DNA of 57,391 nt from positions 1 through 57,391 of the forward strand of contig JAJPHT010000021.1 in the NCBI GenBank assembly GCA_021325135.1, read 5' to 3'. Source of the DNA: Pseudomonadota bacterium. GTDB taxonomy: Archaea > Thermoplasmatota > SW-10-69-26 > JACQPN01 > JAJPHT01. This document shows positions 49,262-57,391 of this stretch, piece by piece (position 1 is the stretch's first letter; each line of letters starts with the position of its first letter). The notes beneath the pieces were generated by a model, which made no database searches, was not told the DNA's origin, and saw only the letters and a list, made by a program, of their open reading frames with translations. Position numbers and translations under genes: made by a program.

Positions 49262-50596
49262 TTACACGATCCACGGGTCCGGCGCCATGCCCGGGTCGTA
49301 CAGCTTGGGCCCGTCGCTCAGGCGCGCGAACGTGATGCGCCCGCCCTCGTCGGCCGAGAGCACGGTGACGTAGCTCACCACGAGGCCCCCGTCCGGCGTC
49401 ACGGCGCACTGCTGGAAGTCGCCCAATTCGCGGCCGCTGGTGCAGGAGACGCCGCCCTGGCAGGGCTCGCCCACGCGCGCGGGCGCGTCGCTCACGCGGC
49501 CCACCGTCTCGGTCATCGTTCCGTTCCCGTCCGCGTTCAGGAGGATGCCCGCCGTCTCGTACCACTCCTTGGCGGGGTCGGGCGCGTTGTACCACGAGAG
49601 GCCCAGGCGCCCCGGCGCTCCCGCGGCGACCCACAGGAAGAGGGAGAGGCCCGGCTGGTGGAAGGCCGTCTGCGGCGCGCTCCACGTCTTGCCCTGGTCC
49701 TTGCTGACGACGAACGCGACGTGGCTTCCGTCGTCGGCCTTCTCGGTCCACGCGACGTAGAGCGTGCCGGCCTGGTCCGCGACGGTCTGCGGGAAGCTGT
49801 CGGTGAACTTGCGGTCCTTGACGATGGGGTCGTCCTTCCACGTCTTGCCCCCGTCCGCGCTGCTCACGAAGTGCAGGGAGCCGCCGTCGCTCACGGTGAA
49901 GGCGACGAAGCCGCCCGCGAGGGCCACGATGGGGCCGGGGTCCGAGGCGACGGCGCTGGCGGTGGCGACGGTCCACGACTGGCCGTTGTCAGTCGTCTTG
50001 GCCACCTGCACGCCGTTCTGCCCCAGGTAGTCGAGGTAGAACGTGCCGGGCGTGGAGGGGTCGGGCCAGAGCCACTGGCGGTCCGTGTCGGCGTCGCCCG
50101 TGGGCGCGCCGGCCTGCCACGTCTCGCCCTTGTCCGTGCTGTAGCTCACGGTCTCCGCCGCGAGGCCAAGCTGGTCCGCGACGACGATGGTGCCCTTGCC
50201 GTCGATGGCGATGTCGCTGTCGCTGCCGCCGGGCAGGTAGGAATGATAGCTCGTGGGGCCGAGGCCCGACTTGAACGCGAACGTCTTGCCGCCGTCCTTG
50301 CTGGTCCAGATGGCGCCCTGGAAGATGCCCTTGTCCACCATCTTGGTGGCGTCCAGCGGGCGCGTCGCGTACTTCACGAGGCCGGTGGGCGCGGCGACGA
50401 TGACCATGCCGTCCTTGGTGACCTTGATGCTGGGCTCGCTGGCGATGCGGTCGGCGTCCACGCGCACGGCCTTGGCGAAGGTGAGGTTCGTGGCGGGGAG
50501 CAGGCCGCTGGCCGCCGCGGGCGTCGTGGAGGGCGCGTTGACGCAGCCCGCGACGCCGGCGCCCAGGAGCGCGAGGGCGAGGACGAGGGCCTTCAC
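49262..50596 (-). CDS. BNR/Asp-box beta-propeller lipoprotein (sialidase-like)
   Basis: VAGC lipobox; repeated S.D.GKTW Asp boxes. Confidence 0.85.
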   Translation of the reverse strand: MKALVLALALLGAGVAGCVNAPSTTPAAASGLLPATNLTFAKAVRVDADRIASEPSIKVTKDGMVIVAAPTGLVKYATRPLDATKMVDKGIFQGAIWTSKDGGKTFAFKSGLGPTSYHSYLPGGSDSDIAIDGKGTIVVADQLGLAAETVSYSTDKGETWQAGAPTGDADTDRQWLWPDPSTPGTFYLDYLGQNGVQVAKTTDNGQSWTVATASAVASDPGPIVALAGGFVAFTVSDGGSLHFVSSADGGKTWKDDPIVKDRKFTDSFPQTVADQAGTLYVAWTEKADDGSHVAFVVSKDQGKTWSAPQTAFHQPGLSLFLWVAAGAPGRLGLSWYNAPDPAKEWYETAGILLNADGNGTMTETVGRVSDAPARVGEPCQGGVSCTSGRELGDFQQCAVTPDGGLVVSYVTVLSADEGGRITFARLSDGPKLYDPGMAPDPWIV

Positions 50597-50599
50597 GCC

Positions 50600-51949
50600 T
50601 CACACCACCCAGGGGTCCAGGGGCGCGTCGAGGAGCTTGGGGCCCTCGGAGAGCTTGGCGAAGGCGACGTGGCCGCCGCTCATGGCGTCCTTCACGACGA
50701 CGTAGCTCATGACCAGCGTGCCGTCGGGCGCGATGGCGCACTGCTGGAAGTCGCCCAGCTCGCGGCCGCTGGTGCAGGTGGTGCCGTTCTCGCAGGGCGG
50801 GTAGGGGAGCGCGGGCTCGTCCGACACGCGGGCGTCCAGGGCCTGGCGCGTCTCGTTGGGGCCGTCCGCGCCCAGGATCACGGCCGCGTGCTCGTAGAAC
50901 TTGGAGTCGGGCTTGGTGCCCTCCGGGCTCTCGTACCACGAGAGGCCCAGCTTGCCCGGCGAGCCCGCGGCGGCCCACAGGAAGAGGCCGCGCCCCTTCT
51001 GGCTGAACGCGACGACCTTGGGGCTCCACGTCTTGCCCGCGTCGTGGCTGTAGACGTAGGCGGTGTTGGTGACGTCCCCGTCGTGCTCCTGCCAGAGGAC
51101 GTACAGGGTGCCCGCGGCGTCCGCGACGGTGATGGGGAAGTGGTCGAACAGCTCCTTGTGGTCCTTGGCGATCTCGTCCACCTTCCAGGTCGTGCCCTTG
51201 TCCTCGGAGTGGACGTAGTTGATGCCGCTGCCGAAGTAGGTGAACGCCACCGTCTGGTTCGTGGCCACGATGGGGCCCGGCGAGGTGCTATCAGGCGACG
51301 CGGAGACCGCGGTCCAGGTCTTCCCCTCGTCGGTGGTCTTGGCGACGTTGATGCTCTGCGTGTTGTGGTCGTAGTTCATGTAGACCGTGCCCGCGGTCGC
51401 GGGGTCGGGCCACATCCACATGCGGTCCACGTCGGGGACGCCGCTGCCCAGGGGCGTCGCCTCCTGCCACGTCGCGCCGTTGTCGTGGGAGGTGGAGACG
51501 ACCTCCAGCGCGAGGCCAAGCTGGTCCGCCATGTAGATGGTGCCCTTGCTGTCGATGGCGAGGTCCGCGTCGCCCGCGCCGGGCAGCGCGTCGTGGTAGG
51601 GCAGGGGGGACATCTGCGCGAAGGTCCACGACTTGCCGCCGTCCTTGCTGGTCCAGATGGCGCTCTGGCCCGCGCCGTTGGGCCCCTCCACCGCGAGGTC
51701 CTGCGGGCGCGTCGCGTACTTCACGCTGCCCGTGGGCGCCGCAATGAGGATGGTGCCGTCCTTGGCGACCTTGATGCTGGGCTCGCTGGCGATGCGGCCC
51801 GCGTCCACGATCACCGCCTTGGTGAAGTTGATGGCCGAGGGGAGCGGCAGCGTCGGGGTCGTGGAGGCGGGGGTCGAGGGCTGCTGGATGCAGCCCGCCA
51901 GCGCCGCGGCCACGAGGAGCGCGGCGAGGACGAGGGGGCGGACGGACAT
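50600..51949 (-). CDS. BNR/Asp-box beta-propeller lipoprotein (paralogue)
   Basis: LAGC lipobox; Asp boxes; long identities with the downstream gene (RIASEPSIKV, CTSGRELGDFQQCA). Confidence 0.85.
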   Translation of the reverse strand: MSVRPLVLAALLVAAALAGCIQQPSTPASTTPTLPLPSAINFTKAVIVDAGRIASEPSIKVAKDGTILIAAPTGSVKYATRPQDLAVEGPNGAGQSAIWTSKDGGKSWTFAQMSPLPYHDALPGAGDADLAIDSKGTIYMADQLGLALEVVSTSHDNGATWQEATPLGSGVPDVDRMWMWPDPATAGTVYMNYDHNTQSINVAKTTDEGKTWTAVSASPDSTSPGPIVATNQTVAFTYFGSGINYVHSEDKGTTWKVDEIAKDHKELFDHFPITVADAAGTLYVLWQEHDGDVTNTAYVYSHDAGKTWSPKVVAFSQKGRGLFLWAAAGSPGKLGLSWYESPEGTKPDSKFYEHAAVILGADGPNETRQALDARVSDEPALPYPPCENGTTCTSGRELGDFQQCAIAPDGTLVMSYVVVKDAMSGGHVAFAKLSEGPKLLDAPLDPWVV

Positions 51950-52010
51950 GACGGGGCCGTGAACCGGGGAGGGGCTTATAGAGGCCTTGGCACGCGGGAT
52001 GGCCAAAGCC

Positions 52011-52463
52011 TCAGCCGTCGGGCTCGAACGCGGCCGTGATGGTGCCCAGGGTGGGCGGGACGCCGAGGGGACCGACGGCCTCGACCTTGACCCGCAGGAG
52101 CGTCATGTGGACCTCGATGGAGCGCCCGTCGGGGAAGTCGAAGCGGTGGAGGACCTGGAGGCGGGCCGAGTCGCAGAAGCTCGTCTCGGCCGTGGCGGGG
52201 AGGGCCGGGTCGATGAAGGTGACGTGGGCGCAGACGTGCTGGGCGAAGCGGTCCCGGAGGGTGAGGGTCACGTTCCCGTCGTCGGGCTGGACCGCGAAGC
52301 AGGCCCCCGCGAGGTGGCGGTCGCACTCGGGGAGCGGGTCGTCCTGGCCCCCGAAGGTCGGGTCGCCGCCCCCCACGTAGTGGGCGCTGACCGTGCGGCC
52401 GGAGCCGGCCGTGGAGAGGGGGAACAGCAGGAGCAGGGCCAGAAGGAGAGGAATGCCTCGCAC
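52011..52463 (-). CDS. Small secreted protein
   Basis: Signal peptide; 4 Cys; GACF, FCDS, GTITAAF; start could be ATG 52490. Confidence 0.7.
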   Translation of the reverse strand: MRGIPLLLALLLLFPLSTAGSGRTVSAHYVGGGDPTFGGQDDPLPECDRHLAGACFAVQPDDGNVTLTLRDRFAQHVCAHVTFIDPALPATAETSFCDSARLQVLHRFDFPDGRSIEVHMTLLRVKVEAVGPLGVPPTLGTITAAFEPDG

Positions 52464-52582
52464 GGGGCTCGCAGCCCGCTGGCGGGGCATGACCCCTTGG
52501 GTGGGACGTCCGTGACAACCACGGCCCGACGGGGAAGGCGGGCGCCAGAGAGGTTAAGCGTCGGCGCCAGGGCTGCGGCACG

Positions 52583-53656
52583 ATGCGCGCCGCGGTGCCC
52601 TTCACCCTCTCCCTCCTCGTCCTCGCCGGCTGCCTGGGCGGGGGCGCGCCCGCGGAGACCAAGGCCGCGGTCAACGCCACCGCGGGGGGCGGGCTCAACC
52701 TCCAGTCCATGGCCAGCGGCGCGCCCCCCGTGGACGCGGCGAAGCCCACCCTGGACGCGCCGCCCCAGTGGCGCCAGGGCGAGTGGTGGACCGTGAAGGT
52801 CACCGACGGCTTCGACGGCGGCGTCTACACCGGCACGCGCATCGTGGCCGGCATGGAGCCCGACGACTACCTCGTGGGCATGCCCCAGGGCGAGTTCAGC
52901 GACCAGCTCATGGTGCTGCACATCCCCGGCTTCGGCCAGGTGAGCAAGAAGGACCTCTCCTTCGACGTCCACAACAAGAACTTCGCGCCCCTCAACTTCC
53001 CCCTCACCGAGGGCAAGGAGTGGGACACCGCCTTCGAGGGGCGCCCCATCCACGCCAAGGCGCACGTCACCTCCCCCACCGAGGCCGTGATCTCGCTCCA
53101 GGGCGCGAACGACCACATGAACGTCACCTACGACGCGACCCTGGGCGAGATCAAGAAGATCGCCTACGACGGCTACGCCGACCTGGAGGTCACGGGGCAC
53201 GGCTACGGCTACCAGGGCGTCGTCACCGTCCCCCACATGTTCAAGCTCGTCTTCCAGAACGCCCGCGTCGCCGGCGTCCTGGACGGCAGCGCCGCGCCCC
53301 AGCCCGGCGTCGACGAGACGGTCACCGTGGACCCCACCTTCGACCGCGTGAGCTTCGTCATCCTCCTGGGCAACCTCCAGGCGGGCGTGCCCACCGCGGC
53401 CGGCTACTACCGCGAGACGGTCACGGGCCCCGACGGCACGTCCTACGACCTCCAGTACGCGCCCCCCGAGGACGCGGGCGCCTACAAGATGGGCTTCTTC
53501 ACCGCGCAGCACCCCGGCGGCGACTGGAAGTTCCACCACGTCGCGGCGGGCCCCGGCATCGCCATGGCCGAGGGCATCGCGTACCACGTCTACCAGATCG
53601 ACCTCCCCTCGGGCCGCATCCTCCCCTCCACGGGGCAGCACCACCACGGCGGCTGA
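52583..53656 (+). CDS. Hypothetical lipoprotein
   Basis: LAGC lipobox; P.W..GEWW, FPLTEGKEW; GTTAAG box upstream. Confidence 0.8.
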   Translation: MRAAVPFTLSLLVLAGCLGGGAPAETKAAVNATAGGGLNLQSMASGAPPVDAAKPTLDAPPQWRQGEWWTVKVTDGFDGGVYTGTRIVAGMEPDDYLVGMPQGEFSDQLMVLHIPGFGQVSKKDLSFDVHNKNFAPLNFPLTEGKEWDTAFEGRPIHAKAHVTSPTEAVISLQGANDHMNVTYDATLGEIKKIAYDGYADLEVTGHGYGYQGVVTVPHMFKLVFQNARVAGVLDGSAAPQPGVDETVTVDPTFDRVSFVILLGNLQAGVPTAAGYYRETVTGPDGTSYDLQYAPPEDAGAYKMGFFTAQHPGGDWKFHHVAAGPGIAMAEGIAYHVYQIDLPSGRILPSTGQHHHGG

Positions 53657-53678
53657 CCTCACCTGTGCGCTCCCTTGC

Positions 53679-53764
53679 GCCTCCGGCGCGGGGAAGCGCG
53701 AATCTCCGAATCCCGGGATCTCCGCCGTCCCGATGGGATTCGGGGCTTGACGGGGCGGAGCCCC
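53679..53764 (+). repeat. Family B element plus a family A-like mini hairpin
   Basis: 53679-53726 closely matches the reverse complement of 37383-37430; ggggc-gga-gcccc at 53752-53764. Confidence 0.8.
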
Positions 53765-53934
53765 CTGGAGGCAACGACCCCTGGCCACGGCCGCCTCCTG
53801 GGAGCCGACCTATAGAACTGCGCTCCAGAGAGCTTCTTCCCCTGGCGGCCTACGGCGTGCCGGGTCTGGGGAAGGCCTGTACCTCAAAGGGGGAACCCCG
53901 GGAGGAGGCAGGCGACGCCCGGTCAGGTCGGGAC

Positions 53935-55071
53935 ATGAGGGCCATCATCCTTGCCGCGGGAGAAGGGTCGCGCCTGCGTCCGTTCACGGCGGACCGGCCC
54001 AAGCCCATGGTCCGCGTCGCCAACAAGCCCATCGCGCAGTACGCCGTCGAGGCGCTGGTCGCGCAGGGCGTCCAGGACATCACCTTCGTCGTGGGCTACC
54101 AGAAGGAGAAGGTCCAGTCCCACTTCCACGACGGCCGCCGCTTCGGCGCCCGCATCTCCTACGCCTTCCAGCCCGTCCTCTCGGGCACCGCGGACGCCCT
54201 GCTGGCGGCGCCCCGCCCCGCCGGCCCCTTCCTCGTGCTGGGCGCCGACAACCTCGTCGACGCCACGCTGGTGAAGCGCGTCCTCTCCGCGCCCGGCGAA
54301 GGCCCCGCCCTCGCGGTGCACGCCAGCGCCGACCAGGGCCGCTACGGCGTCGTCACGGTGGAGGGCGACCGCGTGCTCGCCATCGAGGAGAAGCCCGCGC
54401 AGCCCCGCTCGCGCTGGGTCAGCACCGGCGTCTACCGCCTCACCCCCTCGGACTACGACCGCCTCCAGGCGCTTCGCGCCAAGGGCGCCACCGGTCTCCC
54501 CGACCTCGTGGAGGGCCTGCTGGACGCGGGCGTCCCCGTGGAGGCCGTGCGCACCGACGACCTGTGGGCGGACGCCGTCTACCCGTGGGACCTGCTGCGC
54601 GTGCAGGCCGAGGTCGTGCGCCGCCAGGGCGTCGTCGCCACGCCCGTCCTCCCCAACGTGGAGGTCGAGGCGGGCGTCATGGTGGGCGAGGAGACCGCCA
54701 TCGGCCCGTGGAGCACGCTCGCGCGCAACACCAGCGTGGGCAGCAACGTCGTCATCGGCGGCCACTGCACGCTGGAGAACTGCATCGTGGGGGACGACGT
54801 GCAGATCGGCCCCTACTCGTACCTCAAGAACACGATCCTTGGCGCGGGCGCCATCGTGGGCCCGCGCTTCACCGCCGTCTCGGGCCCTTGCGAGCCCCGG
54901 ACGGCCGATGGCCACCACCGCCTCGACGACTTCGGGAGCGTGGTGGGCCACGACGCGCGCGTGCAGGCGAGCGTCACGCTGGCCCCGGGCACCATCCTGG
55001 GCAACCGCGTGCGCGTCGCCCTGGGCAAGACGCTCAGCGGCACGATCGAGGACGGAGCGAACGTCGTCTGA
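53935..55071 (+). CDS. Sugar-phosphate nucleotidyltransferase (GlmU-like paralogue)
   Basis: MRAIILAAGEGSRLRPFT..RPKPM; hexapeptide-repeat C-terminus. Confidence 0.88.
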   Translation: MRAIILAAGEGSRLRPFTADRPKPMVRVANKPIAQYAVEALVAQGVQDITFVVGYQKEKVQSHFHDGRRFGARISYAFQPVLSGTADALLAAPRPAGPFLVLGADNLVDATLVKRVLSAPGEGPALAVHASADQGRYGVVTVEGDRVLAIEEKPAQPRSRWVSTGVYRLTPSDYDRLQALRAKGATGLPDLVEGLLDAGVPVEAVRTDDLWADAVYPWDLLRVQAEVVRRQGVVATPVLPNVEVEAGVMVGEETAIGPWSTLARNTSVGSNVVIGGHCTLENCIVGDDVQIGPYSYLKNTILGAGAIVGPRFTAVSGPCEPRTADGHHRLDDFGSVVGHDARVQASVTLAPGTILGNRVRVALGKTLSGTIEDGANVV

Positions 55072-55086
55072 GGAGGTCTGGGAAGC

Positions 55087-56910
55087 ATGTGCGGGATCAT
55101 CGGTGTGGTCGGGATGCCCAACGCGGCCAGCGCCCTCGTGAAGGGCCTCAAGCGCCTGGAGTACCGCGGCTACGACTCGGCCGGCATCGCCGTCGTCACG
55201 GGCAAGGGGCTGGAGATCCAGCGCGCCGTGGGCGCCGTCGCCAACCTGGAGCGCCAGGCGGCCCCCCTGGGCACCGTGGGCATCGGCCACACGCGCTGGG
55301 CCACCCACGGCCCGCCCACCGAGGCCAACTCGCACCCCCACCGCGACTGCTCCGAGCGCCTCGCCGTCGTGCACAACGGCATCGTGGAGAACTACCAGGA
55401 GCTTCGCGAGGGGCTCCAGGCCCGCGGCCACAGGCTCCTCTCGCAGACGGACACCGAGGTCCTCGCGCACCTCATCGAAGAACGATATCACGGCGACCTC
55501 CTCGCCGCCGTGCAGGAGACGCTCCCCCTCATCGAGGGCAGCTACGGCCTCGTGGTCGTCAGCGCCGACGCGCCCGACCGCATCGTGTGCGCGCGCATGA
55601 GGAGCCCCCTCCTCCTGGGCGTCGGCCAGGGGCAGATGCTCCTCGCCTCCGACGCCACCGCGCTCCTGGAGCACACGCGCAGCGTCGTCTTCCTGGAGGA
55701 CGGGGAGACCGCGGAATTGACGCAGGAGCGCGTCCGCCTCTTCGACGCGCACCGCAAGCCGAAGATCCCCGTCGTGCGCGAGCTTCCGTGGAACCTGGAG
55801 GCCGCCGAGAAGGGGGGCTTCGACCACTTCATGCTCAAGGAGATCCACGAGATCCCCGAGGCGCTCCACGAGGTGTTCCGCGGCCGCCTGGGCATGGCGG
55901 GCGACCGCTTCGACGTCGAGGGCGCGCTCCCCGAGAGCGCGCTGCGCGGCGCGCAGCGCATCCTCGTCCTCGCATGCGGCACCTCGTACTACGCCGGCAT
56001 GGTGGGCCGCAGCATCGTCGAGCAGCTTGCGGGCGTCCCCGTGGACGTGCAGCTGGCCAGCGAGTACCGCTACGCGCCCCAGACCACGCAGGAGGGCACG
56101 CTCGCCATCTTCGTCTCCCAGAGCGGCGAGACCGCCGACACGCTGGAGGCCATGCGCCGCGCCCGCGCCAGCGGATGCCGCACCCTCGCCATGGTGAACG
56201 TCGTGGGCTCCACGCTGGCCCGCGAGGCGGAAGGCGTCTTCTACCTGCGCGCGGGCCCCGAGATCGGCGTCGCCAGCACCAAGGCGTTCGTCAACATGGT
56301 GGGCGGCTTCTACCTCCTGGGCCTCCACCTGGGCGCCACGCGCGGGCACCTCACCCCCGACGAGTGCAAGCGCCTCGCGGGCGAGATGCGCACGCTCCCG
56401 CGCCTCGCGCAGCGCGCGCTGGAGACCGCCGGCGACGTGGCGCCCCTGGCGGGCGAGTTCTTCCACGGCGCCGAGCACGCGTTCTACCTGGGCCGCCAGA
56501 TCAACCACGGCCTCGCCATGGAGGGCGCGCTGAAGATCAAGGAGATCAGCTACCTCCACGCGGAGGGCTACGCCGCGGGCGAATTGAAGCACGGCCCCCT
56601 GGCGCTCCTCACGCCCGACTTCCCCGTCGTGGTCGCGCTCTCCGACAAGGAGCCCACCTACGGCGTCATGGTGAGCAACATCGGCGAGGTGCGCGCCCGC
56701 GGCGCGAAGGTCCTCGCCATCGCCACGGAGACCGACGCCAACGTCCACAAGCACGTGGACCACGTCGTGCGCGTCCCCGCCAGCGACCCGCTCTTCTACC
56801 CCGTCCCGGCGTGCGTCGCGCTCTACCTGCTGGCGTACCACGCCGCGCGCGGGCGCGGCTGCAACATCGACCGCCCCCGCAACCTGGCGAAGAGCGTCAC
56901 GGTGGAATGA
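55087..56910 (+). CDS. glmS: Glutamine--fructose-6-phosphate transaminase
   Basis: MCGI, LEYRGYDSAG, GHTRWATHG, SQSGETADT, RNLAKSVTVE. Confidence 0.98.
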   Translation: MCGIIGVVGMPNAASALVKGLKRLEYRGYDSAGIAVVTGKGLEIQRAVGAVANLERQAAPLGTVGIGHTRWATHGPPTEANSHPHRDCSERLAVVHNGIVENYQELREGLQARGHRLLSQTDTEVLAHLIEERYHGDLLAAVQETLPLIEGSYGLVVVSADAPDRIVCARMRSPLLLGVGQGQMLLASDATALLEHTRSVVFLEDGETAELTQERVRLFDAHRKPKIPVVRELPWNLEAAEKGGFDHFMLKEIHEIPEALHEVFRGRLGMAGDRFDVEGALPESALRGAQRILVLACGTSYYAGMVGRSIVEQLAGVPVDVQLASEYRYAPQTTQEGTLAIFVSQSGETADTLEAMRRARASGCRTLAMVNVVGSTLAREAEGVFYLRAGPEIGVASTKAFVNMVGGFYLLGLHLGATRGHLTPDECKRLAGEMRTLPRLAQRALETAGDVAPLAGEFFHGAEHAFYLGRQINHGLAMEGALKIKEISYLHAEGYAAGELKHGPLALLTPDFPVVVALSDKEPTYGVMVSNIGEVRARGAKVLAIATETDANVHKHVDHVVRVPASDPLFYPVPACVALYLLAYHAARGRGCNIDRPRNLAKSVTVE

Positions 56911-56956
56911 GATCGAAGCCCGGGGCGGGGCACGTTCAGCCCCGGGCCGGAAGGGC

Positions 56957-57391
56957 TCAGCAGCCCAGGCCGGTGACCTGGTTGCAGCTGACGTTGACGA
57001 TGGTGCTGGGGTTCTGGCCCGCGACGGTGACGCCGGCCTGCGTGGGGTCGATGAAGACGCGGGTCGAGCCGTCGCTGGCGACCGACGCGTACACGCCGGT
57101 GACGCCGACGGGCAGGCCGAAGGTCTGGGGCTGGGTGGCGGGCAGGCCGCTGCCGCAGAGGGGCGTGACGCCCGCGCCGTTGTTGCCCACGGTGAGCAGC
57201 GTGCCGTTGAGCTGCACGCCCTTGGCGATGGCGCCGGGGTTGATGGTCGCGTCCTGGACGCTGCCGCCCTGGACGCCGCCGCCATAGTAGTAGAAGCCCT
57301 GGCCGGCGTTGTTGTAGTAGAAGCAGCAGCCGGCGGACTCGCGGTCGTTGGTCACGGGGGCGAAGAGGGGCTTGGAGTACGTCATGGTCTC
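56957..57391 (-). CDS. Hypothetical protein, C-terminal part (probably extends beyond the window)
   Basis: Open frame to the window edge; Gly/Thr/Asn/Cys-rich, surface-protein-like. Confidence 0.6.
   Translation of the reverse strand, partial: ETMTYSKPLFAPVTNDRESAGCCFYYNNAGQGFYYYGGGVQGGSVQDATINPGAIAKGVQLNGTLLTVGNNGAGVTPLCGSGLPATQPQTFGLPVGVTGVYASVASDGSTRVFIDPTQAGVTVAGQNPSTIVNVSCNQVTGLGC

Noticed and set aside
53800-53934. glmS ribozyme
   Set aside because: The conserved core (AGCGCC...GACGAGG...ATCGA...GCGGATG) is absent
55087-56910. Inteins or recoding in glmS, pyrG, purF or dnaK
   Set aside because: All have normal lengths and continuous motifs; no in-frame stops or insertions seen

Overview
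High-GC archaeal chromosome segment. The gene set (rpl18e-rpl13-rps9-rpoN, separate rpoK, thermosome with DnaK/GrpE, PurP/PurT, Nep1, archaeal pilins, AGC-lipobox lipoproteins) suggests Thermoplasmatota or a related euryarchaeal lineage; this is inference. Most genes are housekeeping: translation, purine/pyrimidine synthesis, chaperones and amino-sugar synthesis. Accessory content is (i) a surface-glycosylation cluster whose 11.3-17.67 kb part is visibly lower in GC and runs from inside galU to tRNA-Ala(GGC), (ii) several secreted Cys-rich or lipoprotein genes, including a signal-peptide-bearing caspase-like (C14) protease whose C-terminal domain appears to recur as a stand-alone gene, and (iii) tandem Nep1 paralogues. 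The best non-coding signals are three structurally distinct families of REP-like palindromic intergenic elements, a 22-bp element shared by the hsp20-thermosome and dnaK promoters, and a structured leader before glmU-glmS. Several micro-ORFs missing from the ORF track, including Zn-finger types, look real. No CRISPR array, integrase or transposase was seen. All assignments come from reading motifs by eye, without database searches.
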